A stretch of 21,669 nt of DNA from an uncultured archaeon (GTDB taxonomy: Archaea > Asgardarchaeota > Lokiarchaeia > Sigyniarchaeales > SOKP01). A program made the position numbers and the translations under genes. The stretch covers positions 51,282 through 72,950 of the forward strand of contig CAZBPC010000009.1 of NCBI GenBank assembly GCA_964493715.1, read 5' to 3'. Below, in pieces: positions 7,252 through 15,658 of this stretch. Within the stretch, counting starts at the first letter, position 1; each line of letters begins with the position of its first letter. Under the pieces are notes generated by a model. That model was not told the DNA's origin. It did no database searches and was given only the letters and a program-made list of their open reading frames with translations.

Positions 7252-10209
7252 GTGAATGTAAGAGATTTATGGTATAAAATTCAACTGAAGATTAATTTCC
7301 AATTTATTAAAAACTCTTGGATTGATCTTAAGCGTAATAAAGCAAAAGCATTTTTTGGTATCGGTGGAATCGCAATTTCAATCATTTTATTAACCGCAAT
7401 TGGAATGGTTAACGATACCATGAGTTATAATTATATTGATTCTGTTACTAATACGACTGGAAGTGCTGATATAATGATAACTGAAATTCCGCAAACAGAT
7501 ATTACCTATGATCCTTATTTTGACGAATCTCTTATTCAAAATGAACTTTCTGGCATCTCTGGAGTTGACGAGCTTTTTCCAAGAATTATGGCATTAGTTA
7601 AAACATCATCAGATAATACAGATGTAAATGGTTCCCTTGAAATGTATGGTTTGAATTTCGTTCGAGAAGCAACTAATGGCAAAATGGGTGATTTAGAAAT
7701 TGTGGATGACGATGGAATTAAAACAGGTGAGATCTATAATGATGAACCTAATGATGGAGAATGTGTGATTTTATGGAATGTAGCAGAAATGTTAAATGTT
7801 TCAATAGGAGACTTCATTCACCTCGAATATCAACAATACAATTTAGACTTAGAGGTCATATCCGTTTGCGAACAGAACCTTAAATTTTTCCAATTTGAAA
7901 CAAGTTTGATTCTAGTTAATTTGGACCAAGCACAAGAATTCCTAAAACGATCAAATCAAATCAATTTTATAGTTGGGACAATAGAAAATCCACAATTTAT
8001 ATATGATGTAAGCAATTTAGAGGAAACTACTGCTCGCCTGCGAGAAATAGGAACCCGAATTCAAGAAAGGTTAGACATTAATACGTATTCAGTTACAATG
8101 CCAAAATTAGAGGAATTGACTAGTGGTGAATTTAGATTAGTAATGATGACAATTATATTTTGGTTTATTACAATTCTTTCTATCTTGATAACGGGAATTT
8201 TAATTAATTCAATTTTATCTACTTCCATTGAAGAAAGAATGAGAGAATTTGGAATAATGCGGGTTGTCGGAGGAAAAAAAGGCATACCAATAAAAATGGT
8301 CCTTTTTGAGGGTTTTCTTTTAGGTGTTATTGGATCAATAATAGGTGTTATAATAGGAATCATTTTCACACCATCTATTGTAAGTGTACTTTTCAGCATG
8401 ACTAATTTCCCTTTTTCAATGGAAGAATTTGTGATAAATCCAGATACAATTATTTTAGAACTATCAATTGGATCAATTACCTCCCTTTCTATTGCATTAA
8501 TACCTGCTTTAAAAACCGCTAGGCAAGATTTAATAAAATCTATTACTCCATTTCATACAAAAGAAGAAGGTTGGGAGGTGAAAAAAGAAGGGAGCATAAA
8601 TGTGAGGAGTTTTTTAACGGGAATATCCATTTCAACTTTAGGAATGATTGTATTTGTCTTATTGCCTAGAATAATGGTAACTGGGGGTATGATGATGATT
8701 GCTGGACTATTTATTGGGATGTTAGCAGCAGTTTTGCTTGGACTTGTATTTGCTTCAGTAGGAATAATACCAATTATTCAAAGGGTGTTCTTAACAATTA
8801 TTTCTCCATTCATTAGAAAATATAGGAATATTGTCAAGATTTCGTTAAAGAGATATACAAGAAGAAACACCAGCACCATTGTGATGTTTTCAATATCCTT
8901 TAGCTTTATTTTTTTTATAACCAGTGTCACCCAAATGCAATCAGAAACAATGTCTACAAGTTTGAAGATCCAATATGGCTCAGATTTAGTGTTAGCAAAT
9001 CAAGGTTATGATCCAGATAGTGCTTTAACTCTTGAAATGGCTGAAGAGTTGAAATTTTTCCCTGGTATTAAATCAATTGCAATCTCTCTTTTTAATACGT
9101 ATGATTTAACTTCGGTAATTTCGACTATTTTTTCTGAAGGGGGTTTTGGATTTGGAGATGATACCACTCAACAGGCATTTACCAATATATTTGAATTCTA
9201 TGCTAGACAAGCAGAAACTAAATTTCAAGTCACTGCTGCCGATATCAGCAATTTTGATGAAATTGAAGCAGGATTTATCGGAATTGATGAAGATTTTACC
9301 AAAATTGTTGATAGACAACTCATAATTTGGAGTAGTCCCAATAGTGGTTTTAATTATTCATTTAGCCAAATTTTTCATCATAATAATACGTGTATCATCG
9401 CAAAATCAATGGCATCAGTTTTAGGAATTGAAGACGTTGGTGAATATGTTAGACTCAACTTCTACAACCCTCAAATACCAAATGATCCGGGGAATATTTC
9501 ACTTTTTAAAGTTGTCGGGATCTGTGGGGGAATGCCAGGTTATTGGAATTTTCGAAGCTCTGAAAGTTCTGCATATGGTGGTGGAATTCTGGTATCGTTA
9601 AATAATTACATGAATTTGATGAAGGTCGATAATCCCGGAGAACCAAATATGATCGTTGATAAAATATTTATTAATTTGATTGAAAACTCCGAAGAAAATA
9701 TAAAATCTACGATGGATGACATTAGTTCAAACTATAAGGATAAAAGTTTTTCTATCGATGATGCTATATCTAAAGTAAATTTTATGGTCGGAATGATGGA
9801 GCGCCAAAGTACCTTGATGGAAATAATTTTAATGTTTGCTGTAATGATATCAATCTTTGGATTAATTAGCAACATGTTTGCAATCATGCTCGAAAGAAAA
9901 TTTGAAATTGGAATATTGCGGAGTATGGGAATGAAGACGAGAAATGTCCGTAACATGTTCCTAATCGAAAGTCTTATCTTATTATTATCAGCGGGAACAT
10001 TAGGGACGTTTATTGGCACGTTTTGTGGTTATTTACTTGAAAGTAATATGGCTTTAATGACAGAACTACCAGCTACATTTTACTTACCAATCGATTCAAT
10101 TTTAAGAGTATTCATAATTTCAATAGCCGTGGGCATCATAGGAATGTATTTGATCCTGATACGCTTGAGCAGGCAATCAATAATGGATATTTTTCGTCAA
10201 ACTTTTTGA
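7252..10209 (+). CDS. FtsX-like/MacB-family ABC transporter permease (internally duplicated, two FtsX domains)
   Basis: Two family signature motifs, SIEERMREFGIMRVVGG and MLERKFEIGILRSMGM. Each follows a TM helix plus a large extracytoplasmic domain and is followed by several TM helices. GTG start 17 nt after the protease stop. Confidence 0.9.
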   Translation: MNVRDLWYKIQLKINFQFIKNSWIDLKRNKAKAFFGIGGIAISIILLTAIGMVNDTMSYNYIDSVTNTTGSADIMITEIPQTDITYDPYFDESLIQNELSGISGVDELFPRIMALVKTSSDNTDVNGSLEMYGLNFVREATNGKMGDLEIVDDDGIKTGEIYNDEPNDGECVILWNVAEMLNVSIGDFIHLEYQQYNLDLEVISVCEQNLKFFQFETSLILVNLDQAQEFLKRSNQINFIVGTIENPQFIYDVSNLEETTARLREIGTRIQERLDINTYSVTMPKLEELTSGEFRLVMMTIIFWFITILSILITGILINSILSTSIEERMREFGIMRVVGGKKGIPIKMVLFEGFLLGVIGSIIGVIIGIIFTPSIVSVLFSMTNFPFSMEEFVINPDTIILELSIGSITSLSIALIPALKTARQDLIKSITPFHTKEEGWEVKKEGSINVRSFLTGISISTLGMIVFVLLPRIMVTGGMMMIAGLFIGMLAAVLLGLVFASVGIIPIIQRVFLTIISPFIRKYRNIVKISLKRYTRRNTSTIVMFSISFSFIFFITSVTQMQSETMSTSLKIQYGSDLVLANQGYDPDSALTLEMAEELKFFPGIKSIAISLFNTYDLTSVISTIFSEGGFGFGDDTTQQAFTNIFEFYARQAETKFQVTAADISNFDEIEAGFIGIDEDFTKIVDRQLIIWSSPNSGFNYSFSQIFHHNNTCIIAKSMASVLGIEDVGEYVRLNFYNPQIPNDPGNISLFKVVGICGGMPGYWNFRSSESSAYGGGILVSLNNYMNLMKVDNPGEPNMIVDKIFINLIENSEENIKSTMDDISSNYKDKSFSIDDAISKVNFMVGMMERQSTLMEIILMFAVMISIFGLISNMFAIMLERKFEIGILRSMGMKTRNVRNMFLIESLILLLSAGTLGTFIGTFCGYLLESNMALMTELPATFYLPIDSILRVFIISIAVGIIGMYLILIRLSRQSIMDIFRQTF

Positions 10210-10790
10210 TACACTTTTAAAAAGTCAATTAATTTCATCCAAGCTTTACCCCGATGAGAAATTGCATTTTTCTGCGAAGTAGTTAATTCAGCAAATGTTT
10301 TTGTCGGGATTTCATCGGGAATGAAGATAGGATCGAATCCAAATCCTTGAATCCCTCTCTGAAGACTTGATATTTTACCCTCGACTCTGCCTTCAAAAAA
10401 CAATAGTTTATGCATCGGTTTAAAATATAATGCAATTATTGTAGAAAAATGAGCTTTAGTCTCCTCAAAATTATCAATAAGTTTCAATATTCCATTATTC
10501 CCAATTGTTTTCATAACATAAGAAGAATAAACACCAGGAAAACCATTCAAGGGATAATCTACAAAAAAGCCAGCATCTTCGACAAATGCAGATCCAAAAA
10601 CATCATTTTTTACGCTAGTTAGCTTAAATTCTGCTACAGATTTAATTGTTTCAGCCTGAATTTCGATGGTTTTTAAATCTTTTTGAATGAGGTTATAGTT
10701 TAATGTTTCTTTTTTGAATAATTGTTGAATTTCATTAAATTTATTAGAATTTCCCGTGATAAAGTATAAATCTTCTTTTTTTCCTTTCAT
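10197..10790 (-). CDS. rdgB: Non-canonical purine NTP pyrophosphatase (RdgB/HAM1, XTP/dITP diphosphatase)
   Basis: Motifs FITGNSNKFNE, EIQ, VEDAG, LNGFPGVYS, GFGFDPIF, TFAEL and KNAISHRGKA. Confidence 0.95.
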   Translation of the reverse strand: MKGKKEDLYFITGNSNKFNEIQQLFKKETLNYNLIQKDLKTIEIQAETIKSVAEFKLTSVKNDVFGSAFVEDAGFFVDYPLNGFPGVYSSYVMKTIGNNGILKLIDNFEETKAHFSTIIALYFKPMHKLLFFEGRVEGKISSLQRGIQGFGFDPIFIPDEIPTKTFAELTTSQKNAISHRGKAWMKLIDFLKVYQKV

Positions 10791-10969
10791 ATTGATAATA
10801 ATCCTCTAAGATTTATTTAGCTATATAAACAATGTTTGAATCATGTATTATATAGAAAAAAAAATGCGCTAATTGGTTAGAAAATAAACAAAATTCCAAA
10901 ATTTTATTTTCGAAAAATCATTTAGAATTATAATTAGAATCTTAAAATTTTTAATTGTGCTGTGATAAA

Positions 10970-11428
10970 ATGGCTCGGATGCATTCAAGAAAAAAAGGAA
11001 AATCAGGAAGTACAAGACCTGCAAGATTAGAGAAACCAGTTTGGGTTGAACTATCTGCCGAAGAAGTAGAGGCTGAAGTAGTCAAGCTAGCGAAAAGGGG
11101 ATTCTCCAAATCAATGATTGGAGTTAAATTGAGAGATTCCCATGGTGTACCACTTGTAAAAGTAGTAACTGGTAAGTCAATTAGTCAGATACTCGAAAAT
11201 AATGATATCTTATATCCTTTACCCGAAGATCTTTCTGATTTAGTTAAAAAAGCACTCAATTTACGTAAACATCTCGAAAGTAATCATAAAGATCTTGAAT
11301 CAAAAAAAGGTTTACAAAGAACTGAAGCAAAAATTTATCGATTAATTCGATATTATAAGAAGAAGAAAGTATTAGAGAAAGAATTCAAGTATGTTCCTGA
11401 AAAAATAAGAACATTAATGGCGAGGTAA
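10970..11428 (+). CDS. rps15: 30S ribosomal protein S15 (uS15, archaeal S15P/S13e type)
   Basis: MARMHSRKKGKSGS N-terminus, IGVKLRDSHGVP, PEDL, and HKDLESKKGLQRTEAKIYRLIRYYK. Start moved from the TTG at 10955 to the ATG at 10970, which gives the conserved N-terminus and has an SD-like GTGA upstream. Confidence 0.97.
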   Translation: MARMHSRKKGKSGSTRPARLEKPVWVELSAEEVEAEVVKLAKRGFSKSMIGVKLRDSHGVPLVKVVTGKSISQILENNDILYPLPEDLSDLVKKALNLRKHLESNHKDLESKKGLQRTEAKIYRLIRYYKKKKVLEKEFKYVPEKIRTLMAR

Positions 11429-11433
11429 TAAAA

Positions 11434-12255
11434 ATGAGCCAGAAAGCTAGAAAGAAAAGAGTGAGAGTTAAGAAAGTATCTTTCAAGGATAAGAGCTGGT
11501 TTGCTCTAAAAGCCCCAAAAAGCTTCAATTTCAAAGAGATTGGAGAAATCATGGGATTTGAAAATAATGTTATTGGCAGGACAATTGAAATTTTACTCTA
11601 TGATATAACTAATAGTTTTTCAGATATCAATCTAAAGATTAAATTTAAAGTAATCGATGTAAATGCTGAAACAAATAATTGTAATACAATGTTTATAGGA
11701 CATGTATTTACAAATGATTTTGTAAGATCTTTAATTGAAAGAGGAAGCTCAAAGATCCAGATTATTTTAAACATTCCAACAAAGGATGGATATGTTTACC
11801 GTCTTACTACAATCTGTACAACAATAAAGAGAGCAAGAAGTAGTCAACAAATTCTAATAAGAAAGATAATAAGAGAAATTCTCAATGAATTTGGCAAATC
11901 TGTAGATCATGAAAAATTTATTAGTGGAATGGTTTATGGAGAATTTAGCAAGCAAATACAAAGAGTAGCTAAAACCGTTTATCCTTTATCAAATTCTTCA
12001 ATCATTAAAAGCAAGTTAGTATCCATTCCTGAAGGAGGAGTTGATCATGTTTATATTTCAAAAGATGAAGATTTTGAAATCGTCGAAGTGGATGTCAAAC
12101 GATCTCGTAAAAGTGAAATAAAAAGAAGTGAAAGGATTAATGTCAGAAAACTAGCGCAAACTAAACCTACTCCTCAAAAGAAAGAAATTTCTGACCTTAA
12201 TGTTCCTGACATTTCTGAGGAAGAAGAAGAAGAAGAAGAAGAAAATACGGAGTAA
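11434..12255 (+). CDS. rps3ae: 30S ribosomal protein S3Ae (eS1) with charged C-terminal extension
   Basis: KDKSWFALKAP, IGRTIEILLYDIT, KIKFKVIDV, DFVRSLIERGSSKI, TKDGY, SSQQILIRK and KTVYPL match archaeal eS1. It lies 5 nt downstream of rps15. Confidence 0.93.
   Translation: MSQKARKKRVRVKKVSFKDKSWFALKAPKSFNFKEIGEIMGFENNVIGRTIEILLYDITNSFSDINLKIKFKVIDVNAETNNCNTMFIGHVFTNDFVRSLIERGSSKIQIILNIPTKDGYVYRLTTICTTIKRARSSQQILIRKIIREILNEFGKSVDHEKFISGMVYGEFSKQIQRVAKTVYPLSNSSIIKSKLVSIPEGGVDHVYISKDEDFEIVEVDVKRSRKSEIKRSERINVRKLAQTKPTPQKKEISDLNVPDISEEEEEEEEENTE
12217..12243 (+). repeat. GAG(GAA)8 trinucleotide tract encoding poly-Glu (E9)
   Basis: Read directly at the 3' end of the eS1 gene. Confidence 0.9.
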
Positions 12256-12339
12256 CAATATTATTATATATCTCTCCTATTTTATTGATCTTCTTTTCAT
12301 TATATTCATAAATGTCTGGTTTGAATTTCGATTCCTATT

Positions 12340-13632
12340 TTAAAAAGGATTAGCTTTTTTTATTAAATTTCCATTTGAATCTTGATAGTAAAGGCTATCT
12401 CGAGGTACATCTTCATTAATTAATGTATGCGCTCCAATTATAGAATTTTCACCTATTTTTTTGCCGCACGTTATGCTTACGTTTATACCTGTCTGAGAAT
12501 TGGCACCAATTACTACCCCCAATTTCCTCCTTTTAGAATCAATCAATTTTCCATTAATACTCATTTTAATACTTTTATTATCAAATCTCAGATTAGAAAC
12601 TTTGGTACCAGCTCCAAGATTTACATTTTCACATATAATTGAATCTCCAATATAATTAAAATGAGGAATTTTTGTTTTGGACAGAATCAAAGAATTTTTT
12701 ATTTCAGACATTCCAATATGACAATTATCACTTATGAAACTATAAGGGCGAATAAAAGCATTAGGTCCAACTAATGTATTCTTTCCTATATAACAAGGAC
12801 CTATTATTGTTGATCCTGCTTTTATTATTGAGTCCTTACCGATTTGGATTGTTCCAGAGAGGGATACATTATTTTCAACAATACCTTCAATTGAGGGTTT
12901 TAATTGATCAAGCAAATACTTATTTGCATCCAATAACTGCCAAGGTAATCCTATATCGCTCCAAAAAAGATTGTGAATGATGTATCCTTTAATTTTACCA
13001 TTTAAATCATTAATTAAAATTTGCATTGAATCTGTAAATTCCAATTCACCTCGAATTGATTTTTTTGTCTTTTCAATTGCTGTAAAAATATTTGATTTAA
13101 AGACATAGATTCCAGCATTAGCCAAATATCCTAAGTTCATAGTTGGATTTGGTTTTTCTATGATATTTTTGACATTCAAATGAGAATCTAACGTGATAAT
13201 TCCAAAATCTTGTGGATTTTCAACCGTGATTAGACTAATTATTCCATCAAGATCATGCTTATGGAAAAACCCAATTGCATTTTTGAATACTTTTTCCTCA
13301 ACCAGCAAATCTCCATACATTAAAAGAAAATTATCATTTTTTACAAAATTTTTTGCATAATTAGTTGCATGAGCTGTACCAAGGTGTTCAGTTTGAGTAA
13401 TATATGATATTTTTATGCCAATTTTGTCAATTCCATCTTTGAAATAATCTTTAATGGCTTCCTCTTTGTAACCTGTGATAATTAGAACGTCATCAATACC
13501 AGCATTTTTTAAACCTAAGATTGTATGTTCCAATAAAGGTTTACCCGCAATTAGGATCATTGGTTTTGGTTTGGTCGCTGTTATGGGGCGTAATCTTTTT
13601 CCTTTACCGGCTGCTAGGATTACAGCTTTCAT
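12340..13632 (-). CDS. glmU: Archaeal bifunctional sugar-1-phosphate nucleotidylyltransferase/acetyltransferase (GlmU type)
   Basis: MKAVILAAGKGKRLRPITATKPKPM, QTEHLGTAHA, YGD, EKP, RGELEFTD and WSDIGLPWQLL, followed by hexapeptide repeats with IRPY, EIKNS, HFNYIGDS and GAGTKVSNLRFD. Confidence 0.9.
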   Translation of the reverse strand: MKAVILAAGKGKRLRPITATKPKPMILIAGKPLLEHTILGLKNAGIDDVLIITGYKEEAIKDYFKDGIDKIGIKISYITQTEHLGTAHATNYAKNFVKNDNFLLMYGDLLVEEKVFKNAIGFFHKHDLDGIISLITVENPQDFGIITLDSHLNVKNIIEKPNPTMNLGYLANAGIYVFKSNIFTAIEKTKKSIRGELEFTDSMQILINDLNGKIKGYIIHNLFWSDIGLPWQLLDANKYLLDQLKPSIEGIVENNVSLSGTIQIGKDSIIKAGSTIIGPCYIGKNTLVGPNAFIRPYSFISDNCHIGMSEIKNSLILSKTKIPHFNYIGDSIICENVNLGAGTKVSNLRFDNKSIKMSINGKLIDSKRRKLGVVIGANSQTGINVSITCGKKIGENSIIGAHTLINEDVPRDSLYYQDSNGNLIKKANPF

Positions 13633-13662
13633 AAATAAGGAAAAAAAGCATATTATTATAAA

Positions 13663-14550
13663 TTAATGATCAAATTCATGTATTACTTCATCTAAATAAG
13701 ATGAAAGTGCTCTATAAGGTTTAAGGTCTCCATCAAATTCGTTAAGTAAAACTTCCTCTTGGGAAATTTTTGATTCTAATTGGCTAAATATTTCTTTAAT
13801 TTTAAAAAGATCTCCAGAAGCGATAAGATCCAATGAAAAATTATTAATTTTGCCATACAAAATTAATTTCATGCATCCATCCTCTCCCAAATCATCGAAA
13901 TGGATTTCTTTAATATAACTTTTGGCTCTTATTTGAGTATTCATCGTAATGGTAGCTAATCTAGCTGATAAATTTGAGGTAAAGATATCGATATTTTCTT
14001 TTGATGCTTCTTGTTTTAAATTTTGTATAAGAGAATCATCATATAACTTTGAAATAATAGGTAATCCTTGTGTAGAAATTCCACAATACAAAATTTTATT
14101 GTTAATACTAAGACAATTATCTTTTAATTCCTCATCTGCGATAGGATCATGATATTTATTCCAAAGGTAAGCTGTTATTAACTTTATTATTTTAGAAAAT
14201 TCTGATTTACCAGAAGCTTTTTCAATTGCTTCTGCATTGGGATAATTTGCATTAATTTTTTCAATATATTCATCAAGCATTCTATCTGCTTCTTCTGAAC
14301 CAGAAATAAAATCACCGGTAATGCAATAAAATAGGTTTTCATTATTTTCTGTGATAAGATGTTTGATAATCATTCGCTCTTTTGCTTGAGCATTTTCAAA
14401 AAATATATTCTTTAGGCGCCAGTAATTTTTTGGATTAACACTTTTAATTAATTTCTCAATAAAGAGGACTATTTCAAAAATAGCATATTTATTGTCGTTA
14501 GAGACGTAGAGTATTTCCTCATCCAAAATTATTGCGAATCCCGTAATCAT
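13663..14550 (-). CDS. Hypothetical protein, putative tandem longin-like domains
   Basis: Two halves, each with a beta-beta-alpha-beta-beta-beta-alpha hydrophobic pattern (MITGFAIILDEEILY...; KILYCGISTQGLPIISKLY...). It ends in FDGDLKPY. The gene call is solid; the fold is inferred from pattern only. Confidence 0.55.
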   Translation of the reverse strand: MITGFAIILDEEILYVSNDNKYAIFEIVLFIEKLIKSVNPKNYWRLKNIFFENAQAKERMIIKHLITENNENLFYCITGDFISGSEEADRMLDEYIEKINANYPNAEAIEKASGKSEFSKIIKLITAYLWNKYHDPIADEELKDNCLSINNKILYCGISTQGLPIISKLYDDSLIQNLKQEASKENIDIFTSNLSARLATITMNTQIRAKSYIKEIHFDDLGEDGCMKLILYGKINNFSLDLIASGDLFKIKEIFSQLESKISQEEVLLNEFDGDLKPYRALSSYLDEVIHEFDH

Positions 14551-14733
14551 AAAAATACGAAGAAAAGATGTTAATTACAAAAGAAAGCTATCCCATTGAA
14601 AATAAGGAATTAATGAATATATTAATCATTTTTGAAACTAAACATTTTACGCGATATAGTATATCACTAAATTTTAACATGTTTTTTTTCCTAATGATTA
14701 AGTTTTTATAATTTTCACCAATATATTAAAATA

Positions 14734-14741
14734 TTTATAAA
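14734..14741 (+). promoter_or_regulatory. Candidate TATA box for the sirtuin-radical SAM operon
   Basis: TTTATAAA in the divergent intergenic region, ~110 nt upstream of the ATG at 14849. The AT-rich background weakens the call. Confidence 0.3.
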
Positions 14742-14848
14742 ACGGGAATATAGAAATATAATTGAATCAACAATTTAGCGTTATAACTCTAATTGTTCAT
14801 TTATTCATTCTAACCTCATGTTAAAATTGGTACAATAAGGACATTTTA

Positions 14849-15658
14849 ATGAAAGTAATTAGGATTATTGAAAAGAAGAAAATTCAACAAGCTGCTGAAC
14901 TTCTTGCTAACTCAAAAAGCGCAATTGTCTTAACGGGGGCTGGTATTTCCACAGAATCTGGAATACCGGACTTTCGTGGTGATGGTGGTATCTGGGAGAA
15001 GTATAAAGTAGAGATTTATGGTAATATCAAGGCTTTTATGAAAGATCCAACAAAATTCTGGGAAATGGCAGAAAAACTAGCTCCTACATTATTTAAGGCG
15101 AAACCAAATAGAGGACATATAGCTTTAGCTGAACTTGAGAAAATGAATATAGTTAAAGGAATTATCACTCAAAATATTGACGAACTTCATCAAAAAGCGG
15201 GTTCTGTTTTAGTGTATGAAGTTCATGGTAATATTAATCGGTTTGATTGCCTTGGATGTCATGCTTCTTATACAAAGGATCAAGTACTGAGAAAATTAAA
15301 AAAGGAAAAACATTATCCCCCTCAATGTGATGTATGCTCTGCTCCATTGAAACCTTCAGTTACATTATTTGGTGAAAGTTTACCTAAGTTTGAAATTTAT
15401 CAATCTCAAGCGTTGTCTCAAAAAGCAGATGTCATGCTTATAGCGGGATCTTCCCTTGAAGTGGCTCCGGTTTGCGACCTACCACTTTATACATTAAGAG
15501 ATAAGGGGAAATTAATCATTGTAAATGATCAACCCACTCATTTAGATGCTCGAGCTGAGGTTGTAATTCATCATAAAACGGGGATTATTTTGCCATTAAT
15601 TGTAGAGCAAGTTAAACTAATTATTGAAGCTAAGGACTTATTGATGAAAGGAAAATGA
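14849..15658 (+). CDS. cobB: NAD-dependent protein deacylase, Sir2/sirtuin family
   Basis: TGAGISTESGIPDFRG, PNRGH, ITQNIDELHQKAG, EVHG, zinc ligands CLGC/CDVC, LKPSVTLFGE and GSSLEVAP. Confidence 0.95.
   Translation: MKVIRIIEKKKIQQAAELLANSKSAIVLTGAGISTESGIPDFRGDGGIWEKYKVEIYGNIKAFMKDPTKFWEMAEKLAPTLFKAKPNRGHIALAELEKMNIVKGIITQNIDELHQKAGSVLVYEVHGNINRFDCLGCHASYTKDQVLRKLKKEKHYPPQCDVCSAPLKPSVTLFGESLPKFEIYQSQALSQKADVMLIAGSSLEVAPVCDLPLYTLRDKGKLIIVNDQPTHLDARAEVVIHHKTGIILPLIVEQVKLIIEAKDLLMKGK

Noticed and set aside
1826-10019. Short ORFs 1826..2047, 4545..4793, 5007..5198, 8061..8399, 9106..9318 and 9732..10019
   Set aside because: All lie wholly within long, well-supported genes, either antisense or out of frame, and have no recognisable motifs. 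They are shadow ORFs.
10955-10969. TTG start giving an MCCDK extension on uS15
   Set aside because: The conserved family N-terminus MARMH starts at the ATG at 10970.
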